From Terriglobia bacterium (GTDB lineage: Bacteria; Acidobacteriota; Terriglobia; 20CM-2-55-15), in the NCBI GenBank assembly GCA_965218085.1, contig CBDCKF010000002.1, positions 3,912,288 through 3,976,287 on the forward strand: 64,000 bases of DNA. The letters run 5' to 3'. Under the pieces are notes generated by a model. That model ran no database searches. It was not told the DNA's origin and saw only the letters and a program-made list of their open reading frames with translations. Each line of letters starts with the position of its first letter. Position 1 is the first letter of the stretch. A program made the position numbers and the translations under genes. Of this stretch, positions 52,048-61,023 are shown one piece after another.

Positions 52048-53467
52048 CAGCCCGTGGCAGAAGTGAGATTCTCTGACACAGTCGTAACGTCGGATTCGAT
52101 AGCCACGTTGGGCTCGATATCCAGCTGACGGAGTTCATGATGCGTTTGAAGCGCCATCTGGACGCAGAAGAGCACGATTTGAGCGGCAAAGTATGCCGCA
52201 GACCGGTCCTGCGGCTCCGTGGCGTGCCCTGCCCGAACTTCTGGCGCAGGATCAACGCCAGGTTCAAGGCCGCGTAGTGAACCAGGATCCGTTTCAGGAT
52301 ATTTTCCCGTCCTCGAAGGTGAACCCGTCGCATGCCGCCGGTTTCCAGACCGTGAGCGAAGGGTCGTTCCAGCATCATGCCGCGATGCCGCAACAACTCC
52401 TTGCCGCGTTCTCCACGGATTCGACGGCGATTGGCATAGACAGCCTGTTGTTCGTCCGGCTTGTTCTTCCAGCGGCGACGGCCCCGATCCGGTTCCGAGA
52501 TGTAGGTGCGTATCCCCAATTCGCGAAGATCGACCATCGTTTCGTTGCTGTGATATCCCTTATCGGCGACGACTTCAGAAAACCAATCTTCTCGAATCTG
52601 CGCTTCGGTTTTCGGGTTGCTTGCCAGCTTCTCCATGTTCTCGGCCGTGCGGATCAACGTCTCTTTGATTGTCGTCGTATCCCCGGTGGCAGCACCCTGA
52701 ACCGTCACCCCCAGCACGACGCCGGTCTTCATATCCACAGCGTGTTCCAGCTTGTGAGCCAAATGCGTGCGGCCGTCTTTCATCTTGGTGATCTGCGCAT
52801 CCGCGTCGTCGGGATGCACCCAGTCGTCGTTCGATCCCTTCTTCGGCCGTTTCCGGTCCAGTCGCGCCAGTTCGGCTCGTGTCGGCGTTTCAATGCCCGA
52901 AGCGTGGGCCAACTCCTTCAGAAAGTCCTCATAACTGTTCCTGGTGTCTCGCCGCACGATCGACCGCATTGCCGCGTTCGCTTCCAGCGTCGTCGCGTCC
53001 ACGCCAACCGTCTTCCCGTCGATCAACCCGTGCCCGGCCAGCCGCTCCAGCATCCAGTGGAACACCTGGGCATGGGTTTCCAGATCGATCAGCCGGCGTG
53101 TCCGCGACACGCTGGAATGATCCGGGGTACCATCGGTCAGCCCAATGCCCAGAAACTCCCGCAGGCTCAGCGAGTCGGCACACCGCCAGGCGATGCCGCG
53201 TTCCGAGTCAATCCCTTCGAAGTAGCCGACCAGCAGCATCCGAAAGTACACACCCGGCACGACACCGGGCCGACCCATCACCGGGGCGTAGAACTTCTGG
53301 CAGGCTTCTTCAACAAACGGGTCGAATCCGTCTTCTTCCAGAATCCGGTTCACCCGTTCGTAGAACACGTGTCCTTTGGTCCGCGGCAACTCCTGTGTCG
53401 CGATCCACAGCGATTCCTGGCGTCGTCTCTTTCGTCCCATGCCCATATCCCGTCCTCCTTCACTCAT
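52019..53467 (-). CDS. IS5-family transposase, copy 2, with a 1-nt deletion altering the last ~55 codons
   Basis: Identical to copy 1 up to …GQGTPRS, then gagccgcagg instead of gagcctgcagg shifts the frame and reading continues past the IS end. Confidence 0.75.
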   Translation of the reverse strand: MSEGGRDMGMGRKRRRQESLWIATQELPRTKGHVFYERVNRILEEDGFDPFVEEACQKFYAPVMGRPGVVPGVYFRMLLVGYFEGIDSERGIAWRCADSLSLREFLGIGLTDGTPDHSSVSRTRRLIDLETHAQVFHWMLERLAGHGLIDGKTVGVDATTLEANAAMRSIVRRDTRNSYEDFLKELAHASGIETPTRAELARLDRKRPKKGSNDDWVHPDDADAQITKMKDGRTHLAHKLEHAVDMKTGVVLGVTVQGAATGDTTTIKETLIRTAENMEKLASNPKTEAQIREDWFSEVVADKGYHSNETMVDLRELGIRTYISEPDRGRRRWKNKPDEQQAVYANRRRIRGERGKELLRHRGMMLERPFAHGLETGGMRRVHLRGRENILKRILVHYAALNLALILRQKFGQGTPRSRRTGLRHTLPLKSCSSASRWRFKRIMNSVSWISSPTWLSNPTLRLCQRISLLPRAARATALVVF

Positions 53468-53537
53468 CATTCTTCGCGATACGGTCGCATCGGGTCCGTT
53501 TGAATCTGTGAAGTGGACTTTAACCACGGGCTGCTAG
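52044..53537 (-). mobile_element. IS5/IS1182-superfamily insertion sequence, copy 2 (inverted relative to copy 1)
   Basis: Same IRs and CTAG flanks as copy 1. Lacks the 16-bp duplication. Confidence 0.85.
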
Positions 53538-55351
53538 GCGACGTGAACGCCGACGGTGTCCTTGACGCCATTTTTGCGAACACCGGACTCAATGAAAGAT
53601 GTATCGGCAACGGTACGGGCAGTTTCACTTGTACTGCACTCACGGCCACCTTAGAGAGGACAAGTGTCGGCGTGGCTGTGGGGGAACTTGGCTCTTTCGG
53701 TGACAGCTTTGCCGATATCGTTATTGCGAATGAGACAGAGGACGCCCAAATCTGCTTGGGGTTTACCTGCTTTTCTATCACCTCCGTACAATCCTCTACC
53801 GGAGTGGCTATCGGCGACGTGGACGGCGACGGCGACCTCGAATCCGTTTTTTCGAAATTTCTCTCAGCAAATCGTGTCTGCAACATTACTACGTGCACGG
53901 ATGCCAGCACACTCACGGGGAGATTTTCAGGCGTTGCGCTGAGCGACGGCCGAACATTCGAAGAAGATTTCAGTGGTACCGTGATCACGAATCTGGAAGA
54001 CGAGGATAACGCGTACACCGTATCGGGCGGCAAGATCAAGAACACGGCCTCTACGAGCGTTAACGATAGGCATTATATTCGGACCCATGTGACCGACTAC
54101 AACACCGTTGACTTTGTCGCTGAATTGACGTTTACGCTGACCAACGACACCGGTGACATGCTCCATTTTTTCGGACTGGGAGCAGGGATCCCAGATTTGA
54201 ATGCCACGGACGAACCAGCAACTGGGGCCTATTTCAGGATCCATAGCCCTAATACTGTGTCAGGAAGGGTGGACGCTTCTTTCAGAAACTTGACGTTTGC
54301 TGGCTCCGACGGCCTAGCGAACATCGGCCAAATGACCAATAGCGGCGGCACCCACCGGGCGCGGCTTGCCAAATCCGGGAACGAGTTGACTTTTAGCATG
54401 GACGTCAATTTCGATGGCATTGACGACGATGGGGATGGTTCGGTGTTCGATGCGGCTTTCACCTACACGGTCGCTGACCTGACCGCGGCAACGGCTGCGC
54501 CGTTTCTCGACAACACGAATAGTCGTATCTTTTTCGGCACAGCTTCTAGGATCGACACATTCGATGATTTCAAAGTCACGGCTGTTGTCGTCGCTGACAC
54601 GACAGCGCCGGTCGTCACTGTACCAAGTGACATCACGGAAGAAGCTACCAGTCCCGATGGAGCCGACGTCACCTTCTCGGCCTCAGCAACAGACGACGTG
54701 GACGGTTCGTTGACCCCGAGCTGTACGCCGTCGTCAGGCTCCACGTTCCCGCTCGACATGACCACCGAGGTTAGATGCGAGGCAACCGATAGCTCTAACA
54801 ACACCGGTGAGGCCTTCTTCGACGTGACGGTGGAAGATACGACCTCTCCCCAGTTCACCTCGGTTCCGGTCGATTTCGAAGTCGGCACGACTTTCGAGAA
54901 CCCACTTCAGGCGTTGGTTGAGTTCCAGGTTTCCGCGACTGACGCCGTGGGTGCGACTGTCACCTGTGTGCCGTCGTCGGGCTCCCTATTCCCTATCGGT
55001 CCGACCCAGGTCGATTGCGAGGCAAACGATGCCGCCGGCAATCCCCCTGCGACGACTTCGTTTAACGTCACAGTGCTCGGCTTTGGGGATCAAGTGGATG
55101 CCCTGGCCGAACTTGACGAAATTGACGCGTTACCCGCGAACATACAGCGCGGGCTCGACAACTTCCTGGCGTTCATTTCGAGGGTCGGCGACTCTAACCC
55201 GAACTCGGGCATCGCCGTCTCCGGAATGCTAGGCTCGTTTCAAAATCAGGTGCGCGCCCTGGTGCGGTCGCGCCGACTCTCTCCGGAAAATGGCGATGCG
55301 CTGATCAGCGCTACCGAGACAGTCCGAAACAACCTCGATCCTAGAAGGTAG
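53534..55351 (+). pseudogene. FG-GAP repeat protein 3' part with HYR domains (continuation of 51243)
   Basis: …GDVNADGVLDAIFANTG… FG-GAP, then DTTAPVVTVPSDITEEATSPDGADVTFSASATDDVDGSLTPSCTP HYR repeats. Confidence 0.7.
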
Positions 55352-55633
55352 GGAGGATCGGTTCAGCTAGCATTGTGCGCGGACGCCGGAATCGGCGTCC
55401 GCGCATATTGCCAAAGACGTGACTCAGGCAACTGAACGAATTCTGCCAAACTGTCCGGTTTATCGGCTTCTGGCTTTGGCATAAATGAGTGGTATTGTAA
55501 TCCCTTAAATCTTGGAATCTACTAGTTTCGCAATCGTTCCGATGGCTTTCATTGAACTCATCATCAAATTGATGGGAAGAACGATGGGAAAAGCGCAGCC
55601 CGCAGATTAGGCCTTATTTATCAATCGCTTGGG

Positions 55634-55661
55634 GACGGGTTCGACTCCCGTTGGGGCTATT
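55634..55661 (+). repeat. 28-bp direct repeat of the tRNA-Glu 3' end (att-like)
   Basis: acgggttcgactcccgttggggctattc is identical to 50662-50689. Confidence 0.6.
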
Positions 55662-55723
55662 CAGAGGAAGTTAAGAGTTAAGAGCAACGCGTTAAGGTTA
55701 CGTTCCTAAACTTTTCACTCATC

Positions 55724-56797
55724 TCACTCATCACGCGTCACGTCCTGAGGTCTCTCCACAAAATCACCACGCCGTATCGTCCCCAGCTGTTGGCCAACGG
55801 CTCGTCGCCCATAGGCACCCGAAATCCAGTTCTCAAACAGGGCCGGAATGCCCGGCCCCAGGCCGGGGTCGGGTCCGCTCATTGCGTGGAAGTGGAGGTG
55901 GGGTTCGACCGAGTCCCCCGAGTTGCCGACCTCGCCAATGGGATCACCGGCCAGGACCGGATCTCCGACACCAACCTTCATGCCGCTCGGACGCATGTGC
56001 GCGTAATAAGTGTAGAGATTCTCCTCATGGCGGATGACGACTGCGTTACCGCCTGGAGTAGCCGCCATAGCCTGACCCGGCACATTTTCCGGAACGTCAT
56101 TGCGCATGTAGACCACTTCTCCGTCGGCTGACGCCAGTACATCCAGTCCATAGGCGAAGTAATCACTGTTGCGACCGCCGGTCCCTTCATAACTCTTTCC
56201 ATCGGGGCCAATTTTCAGGAAATCGTAGGCGAACGCTTCGGCGACGAAACGTTTGTGTGCGTCCAGCGCGCTGTGTTCCGCCGCAACGTACCAACTGCCC
56301 TCAAAAGGCAAACGTCCTACAAAGCCTTCCATCACGGTCAATGGGATCGACACCTTGCTCGAACCCAGAGTTTCACCTTGCCTGAATTCGGTTTCCACGA
56401 TCAGCGTCTGCCCCATCAATCCCGACGGCAACTCGAAGGAAACATCCGAAAGTGCTTTCCGTTCGTCCGGACCTAAAACCAGAGTACCGGGCGGTGTCAC
56501 TTCGATGCGGCGACGCTCCACGGAGTTATCGAAAAGCTCAATCAGCGCGGGCCCTGAAAACTGGCCCGACACCACACCGCCTGTAGTACCGACCAGATCA
56601 AACCGCAGCCATTGAAACTCGATGGGCTCGGAAGACGTATTGTGGAGTATGAGATGAAAAAAAGTCCGTTCGACAGCAACGACGTCGCCACCCAAGGCCT
56701 CTACGTAGACCGCTGAGGGAAGAACCGAGATATCCACCTGAGCGGAAGCGGAAACCGCAAATACGAGGGCTAAACACAATACAATAGGTATGCGCAT
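55724..56797 (-). CDS. Secreted M23-family (LytM-like) metallopeptidase
   Basis: Signal peptide. …VEPHLHFHAMSG… HxH motif and upstream HxxxD. Confidence 0.7.
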   Translation of the reverse strand: MRIPIVLCLALVFAVSASAQVDISVLPSAVYVEALGGDVVAVERTFFHLILHNTSSEPIEFQWLRFDLVGTTGGVVSGQFSGPALIELFDNSVERRRIEVTPPGTLVLGPDERKALSDVSFELPSGLMGQTLIVETEFRQGETLGSSKVSIPLTVMEGFVGRLPFEGSWYVAAEHSALDAHKRFVAEAFAYDFLKIGPDGKSYEGTGGRNSDYFAYGLDVLASADGEVVYMRNDVPENVPGQAMAATPGGNAVVIRHEENLYTYYAHMRPSGMKVGVGDPVLAGDPIGEVGNSGDSVEPHLHFHAMSGPDPGLGPGIPALFENWISGAYGRRAVGQQLGTIRRGDFVERPQDVTRDE

Positions 56798-56854
56798 CGC
56801 GACTTGAAGGCTAAGTCAAAGAAGTGGTAAAAATCAACCCGGCCGGAAATTCAC

Positions 56855-57400
56855 ATGAGTAAACCACCCACGGAAAAAGCAACGCTTGGCGGTGGTTGCT
56901 TCTGGTGCCTCGAAGCCGTGTTCGAGCAACTCCAGGGCGTCCACTCTGTCCAGTCCGGTTATTCCGGCGGCGCTCGCCCCGATCCCAGCTACGAACAGGT
57001 CTGTTCCGGAGCAAGCGGTCATGCCGAGGTTGTCCAGATCGTTTTCGATCCCTCAGTGACACCCTATCGGGAAGTTCTACAAATCTTTTTCTCGATCCAT
57101 GACCCGACCACGCTCAATCGTCAAGGCAACGATGCCGGCACACAATACCGTTCGGTGATCTTCTCCCATTCTGAGGAACAGATGGACATCGCCCGAACGG
57201 TTATTGAAGAATTGGATCAATCCGGCGTTTTCTCTGCACCTGTCGTGACCGAGCTGAGCCCCCTGGAACATTTCTATCCTGCCGAGGACTACCACCAGGA
57301 ATACTTTCGCCAGAATTCGGAACAACCGTACTGCCAGTACGTCATCGACCCCAAAGTCGCCAAGTTCCGTGCGCAGTACTTCGACAAGCTAAAAAATTAA
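56855..57400 (+). CDS. msrA: Peptide methionine-S-sulfoxide reductase
   Basis: GGGCFWC active-site motif. Full-length MsrA. Confidence 0.9.
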   Translation: MSKPPTEKATLGGGCFWCLEAVFEQLQGVHSVQSGYSGGARPDPSYEQVCSGASGHAEVVQIVFDPSVTPYREVLQIFFSIHDPTTLNRQGNDAGTQYRSVIFSHSEEQMDIARTVIEELDQSGVFSAPVVTELSPLEHFYPAEDYHQEYFRQNSEQPYCQYVIDPKVAKFRAQYFDKLKN

Positions 57401-57426
57401 ATTTCAGGTACCCGGGAATGAAGGAA

Positions 57427-57768
57427 TCAGAGTTTGGACTCCTTTTTTGGGAGGGAGGAAGTGAACTTCACGGAACGATCGAGCCACTGCTTGAGATCCG
57501 CTTCTCGAGCATAACCATCCGGATCTAGATAAACCATGCTTCGGATCGGCTGCCCCGTGAAGTCCATGACTTCAATGTGAGGTTCTTTGAGAGCTGTGTT
57601 GGACCCGTCCTTGCCTAACCGTAAAACGATTCTGTCGTCAACGACGCCACAACACATGTTGCCGTTCAACATGAACGCGATTCCGCCAAACATTTTCCGC
57701 TCCGCCAGACCCTTGCGTCTGGCGAGCAACTTTCGAATCCGTTCGGCAACCGCTTCGTTGTAAGCCAT
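57427..57768 (-). CDS. TfoX N-terminal-domain protein
   Basis: MAYNEAVAERIRKLL…RKMFGGIAFMLNGNMCCGV. Confidence 0.6.
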   Translation of the reverse strand: MAYNEAVAERIRKLLARRKGLAERKMFGGIAFMLNGNMCCGVVDDRIVLRLGKDGSNTALKEPHIEVMDFTGQPIRSMVYLDPDGYAREADLKQWLDRSVKFTSSLPKKESKL

Positions 57769-57816
57769 TCGGACCGTGCCGGACTCCAATCCGACGTGTC
57801 ATCAAAGATCTTTCAG

Positions 57817-58245
57817 TTAATGAGCGCCCACCACATCGCGCGGCCCATGGATCATGGAAATCTTCCAGTCGCCTCCGATTCGCTGGAAGACTGCACTGCC
57901 CGTGCCTGTAGCCACCTCGGCTCCATCGATTTCCATCCCGTACCTGAAATACGCCCAGGCCACATCGCCGGCGGACTTCACCGTAATGTTCTCGACCGTC
58001 ATTTCGCTGGGGTGATTTAAGACGTAGCGATTGATGAATCCCATAAAACCGTCACCGGTAATCGCATGTCCGTCTTCATCGAGCCAGACCGCATCTTCGC
58101 TCGCATGCATTTCGAAGTAGGATGCATCGTTCGCGTTGATCGCATTGATCGCGTTCTCAACCAGAGAAGCGTCTTGCGCATATGCGCTACCAGCACTTAC
58201 CAAAAGGGCCACGAGAAACAGAAAAACAAACTTCTTCACAGTCAT
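57817..58245 (-). CDS. Secreted DUF4440/SnoaL-like protein (paralog of 29442..29966)
   Basis: Signal peptide plus NTF2-like domain. Confidence 0.55.
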   Translation of the reverse strand: MTVKKFVFLFLVALLVSAGSAYAQDASLVENAINAINANDASYFEMHASEDAVWLDEDGHAITGDGFMGFINRYVLNHPSEMTVENITVKSAGDVAWAYFRYGMEIDGAEVATGTGSAVFQRIGGDWKISMIHGPRDVVGAH

Positions 58246-58352
58246 ATCTCCTTTGAATGTTAGATACCTAAGCAGAATTAAAAATCGTAACACAAACTAT
58301 CTATTAACCTTCCGGACAACCACACCCTTCAACCATCCGTATTGGGATTGAC

Positions 58353-58372
58353 TACCAAACATATGTTTGGTA
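58353..58372. promoter_or_regulatory. Perfect 20-bp palindrome TACCAAACATATGTTTGGTA, a candidate LexA operator, 10 bp upstream of imuA
   Basis: Resembles the GAAC-N4-GTTC family of SOS boxes. Its position in front of a mutagenesis cassette fits an SOS box. Confidence 0.5.
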
Positions 58373-58382
58373 AAACTTCCGA

Positions 58383-59216
58383 ATGCGTTCCGCGCCGATT
58401 CGCACACCGTCAAAACTCACCCTTGAGCAGCGCTTGAAAGATGAGATCTTCAAAAATCGACGCCCCTTCCCTTTCGGTCTAGCCCACACCACCCACCCCG
58501 AAACGATTTTTACTGGAATACGGGAAGTCGACCAGCTATCCAAGGGCTTGCCCCGGGGCCGGATTACCGAGATCGTTGGACCCAATTCGTCAGGACGGAC
58601 CAGCCTCCTGCTCTCCACGCTGGCCCAAATCACTGATAAAGAGGAGGTTTGCGCTCTTATCGATCCGGCCGGTATTTTCGACCCTGTATCCGCAGACCAC
58701 ATCGGTGTCGATCTGGAACGACTCCTCTGGATCCGTACCCCGAAGCCCGACATCGACCAAACGCTCAAAGCGACGGATCTACTGATTCAAGGCGGTGGAT
58801 TCGGATTGATCGGAGTCGATTTCGGGGAGTTTTCTCATGGTGAAATCTGCCGCGTTCCACCCTCCTCATGGTTTCGGCTACAACGTGGGGTGCGAAACAC
58901 GCCCACCATACTGCTTTTTGTTGGACGGAAAGCATCCACCCGGACATGCGCTTCCCTGGTCCTGGGTCTGGAACTGAATCGCACTCATTGGACCCCGCGC
59001 CTCTTCGACGGAGTCTGTCCACAAGTTGAGATCCTGCGGTCCAGAATGAATCCCGGCATCAGTTGGAACCGGACACCGCAACGTTTCTTTATCCAACCCG
59101 CACACTTTCGGACTATTGCCCCTGAGCCTAATGACCCGGATGACCCCGCTGAAATTTTCCCCCTCAAAAAACAAGGAATTGAATATCTCGAATATCGAAG
59201 GAGTTCCCTGCCATGA
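58383..59216 (+). CDS. imuA: ImuA-like RecA-fold SOS mutagenesis protein
   Basis: GLPRGRITEIVGPNSSGRTSLLLSTLAQ P-loop. Stop/start overlap with imuB. Confidence 0.7.
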   Translation: MRSAPIRTPSKLTLEQRLKDEIFKNRRPFPFGLAHTTHPETIFTGIREVDQLSKGLPRGRITEIVGPNSSGRTSLLLSTLAQITDKEEVCALIDPAGIFDPVSADHIGVDLERLLWIRTPKPDIDQTLKATDLLIQGGGFGLIGVDFGEFSHGEICRVPPSSWFRLQRGVRNTPTILLFVGRKASTRTCASLVLGLELNRTHWTPRLFDGVCPQVEILRSRMNPGISWNRTPQRFFIQPAHFRTIAPEPNDPDDPAEIFPLKKQGIEYLEYRRSSLP

Positions 59217-60820
59217 GTTCTAGCGCAAAGATCATCGAGAACCGCCTCAACACAAACCCAAAGTCCGGGCCTGTCTTCGGCCCAATTTATGGCTGCATTT
59301 ATATTCCCGACTATCCGGTCCAGGCCTTTATACGTAATGAACCCGCTTTGCGGCGCCGGCCGATGGCCATCCTCGATGGCACATTCCCTTTATTTACAGT
59401 GGTGGCAACGAACACCGTTGCCCGGGGCTTGGGCGTCCAAATCGGAATGACAAAGCTTCAACTCGAACAGTTCCCCAATCTCATAGCGCGTCACCGCTCC
59501 GGAAAACAGGAAGATGCCGCACATCACGCCCTCATCGACTGCGCCCACTTTTTCACACCCCGCGTGGAAGATACGGCACCGGATACGATCGCGCTCGATC
59601 TGAATGGATTATCCCAACTGTGGGGCACACCCCGTGCAATGGCACAGAAGTTATTTCGAGCGGCCGATAAGCTTGGATTCGAATCCCACATCGCTATAGC
59701 TTCGAACCCGGATGCAGCGATGCATGCTGCAAAAGCAGAGGCCGGCATCACTGTCATTGCGATGGGTGACGAAGCCAGAAAATTAGAGTCCCTCGATCTT
59801 CACATCCTCACCGCATCGGAAGAGACCCGGACATCTTTCAGCCGGTGGGGACTTCAAACATTCCAGGATCTGGCCCAACTTCCCGAAGTCGGCGTGGTCG
59901 AACGTCTGGGTCAGGAAGGCGTTCGACTCCAACAGATGGCGCGTGGAGAAACAAGCCGTCCTTTGCGGGTTTTAAATAAAAAGTCCTTCTTTAAACAATC
60001 CATAGAACTTGATGATTCTATTGACTATTTAGAGCCGGTCACATTCATATTCAGTCGCTTGTTGAACCAACTCTGCCAACGACTGGAAGCCCGCAACCGG
60101 GCCACCCACGAATTGCGTCTCACATTGACGCTTGAGCCCTCATTCGGTAAAAAACCCCTCGATGAAGCAGACGAAGAAGACCCGGAAAAATCATCCCACC
60201 ACTTCGTCCGGACCATCCGCCTGCCGACTCCAACACGGGATTCCAGAATTTTATTAAAGCTTCTGCAATTGGATCTGGACGCGCACCGCCCTCCCCGGCC
60301 GGTCATCGGCGTCACTCTTACCGCGGAACCGGCCCAACCGCGCCGCATCCAGAACGGGTTATTCGTTCCCCTGGCGCCCGAACCTGAGAAACTGGAGCTG
60401 ACACTGGCCCGGATTGGCACCATTGTCGGAAACGACCGCATCGGTTCACCCCGCCTGCTCGACACACATCGCCCCGACCGGTTCCGCATCCAGCACTTCA
60501 CTCTTCCGACCCGATCGAAAGCCAAGCGATTGTCGACACACCCCTCAGCTTCAATGGCTCTGCGTATCTTCAGGCCGCCTCTGGAGGCAACCGTCGAAAA
60601 ACTTGGAGGACAACTTTCCCGGATCTTCTTCTCAGGCAAATCCGGAAAGGTCACGACCGCACGCGGACCCTGGAATACCTCAGGGGAATGGTGGCGTGAG
60701 GATCCCTGGAATCGGGAAGAGTGGGACGTCGAAGTCCAGAGTGGCCACGACCGCACCCTGTATCGCATTTTCCAGGACCAACAGACACATCAATGGTTCG
60801 TAGATGCGGCCTACGACTGA
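59213..60820 (+). CDS. imuB: ImuB, catalytically inactive Y-family polymerase homolog
   Basis: …IYIPDYPVQAFIR…RRRPMAILDG… is the typical ImuB N-terminus. Confidence 0.8.
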   Translation: MSSSAKIIENRLNTNPKSGPVFGPIYGCIYIPDYPVQAFIRNEPALRRRPMAILDGTFPLFTVVATNTVARGLGVQIGMTKLQLEQFPNLIARHRSGKQEDAAHHALIDCAHFFTPRVEDTAPDTIALDLNGLSQLWGTPRAMAQKLFRAADKLGFESHIAIASNPDAAMHAAKAEAGITVIAMGDEARKLESLDLHILTASEETRTSFSRWGLQTFQDLAQLPEVGVVERLGQEGVRLQQMARGETSRPLRVLNKKSFFKQSIELDDSIDYLEPVTFIFSRLLNQLCQRLEARNRATHELRLTLTLEPSFGKKPLDEADEEDPEKSSHHFVRTIRLPTPTRDSRILLKLLQLDLDAHRPPRPVIGVTLTAEPAQPRRIQNGLFVPLAPEPEKLELTLARIGTIVGNDRIGSPRLLDTHRPDRFRIQHFTLPTRSKAKRLSTHPSASMALRIFRPPLEATVEKLGGQLSRIFFSGKSGKVTTARGPWNTSGEWWREDPWNREEWDVEVQSGHDRTLYRIFQDQQTHQWFVDAAYD

Positions 60821-61023
60821 AGAGAAAATCCAACGCAGAGACGCAGAGGGAAAACAGGTGATCTGTGTGGATTTCGTCTGACGAGATTTCTATGGGTTCC
60901 AAACGACGTTCGTGTTAACCCGATCCGCGCGGGTCGAACGGTATGTAGACAGCCTATCCCGTCTTTCTCTTTCTTCCTTTGCGTCTCTGCGTTTTTCTTC
61001 TCCTAAATGGTGAAAGTTTGCTA

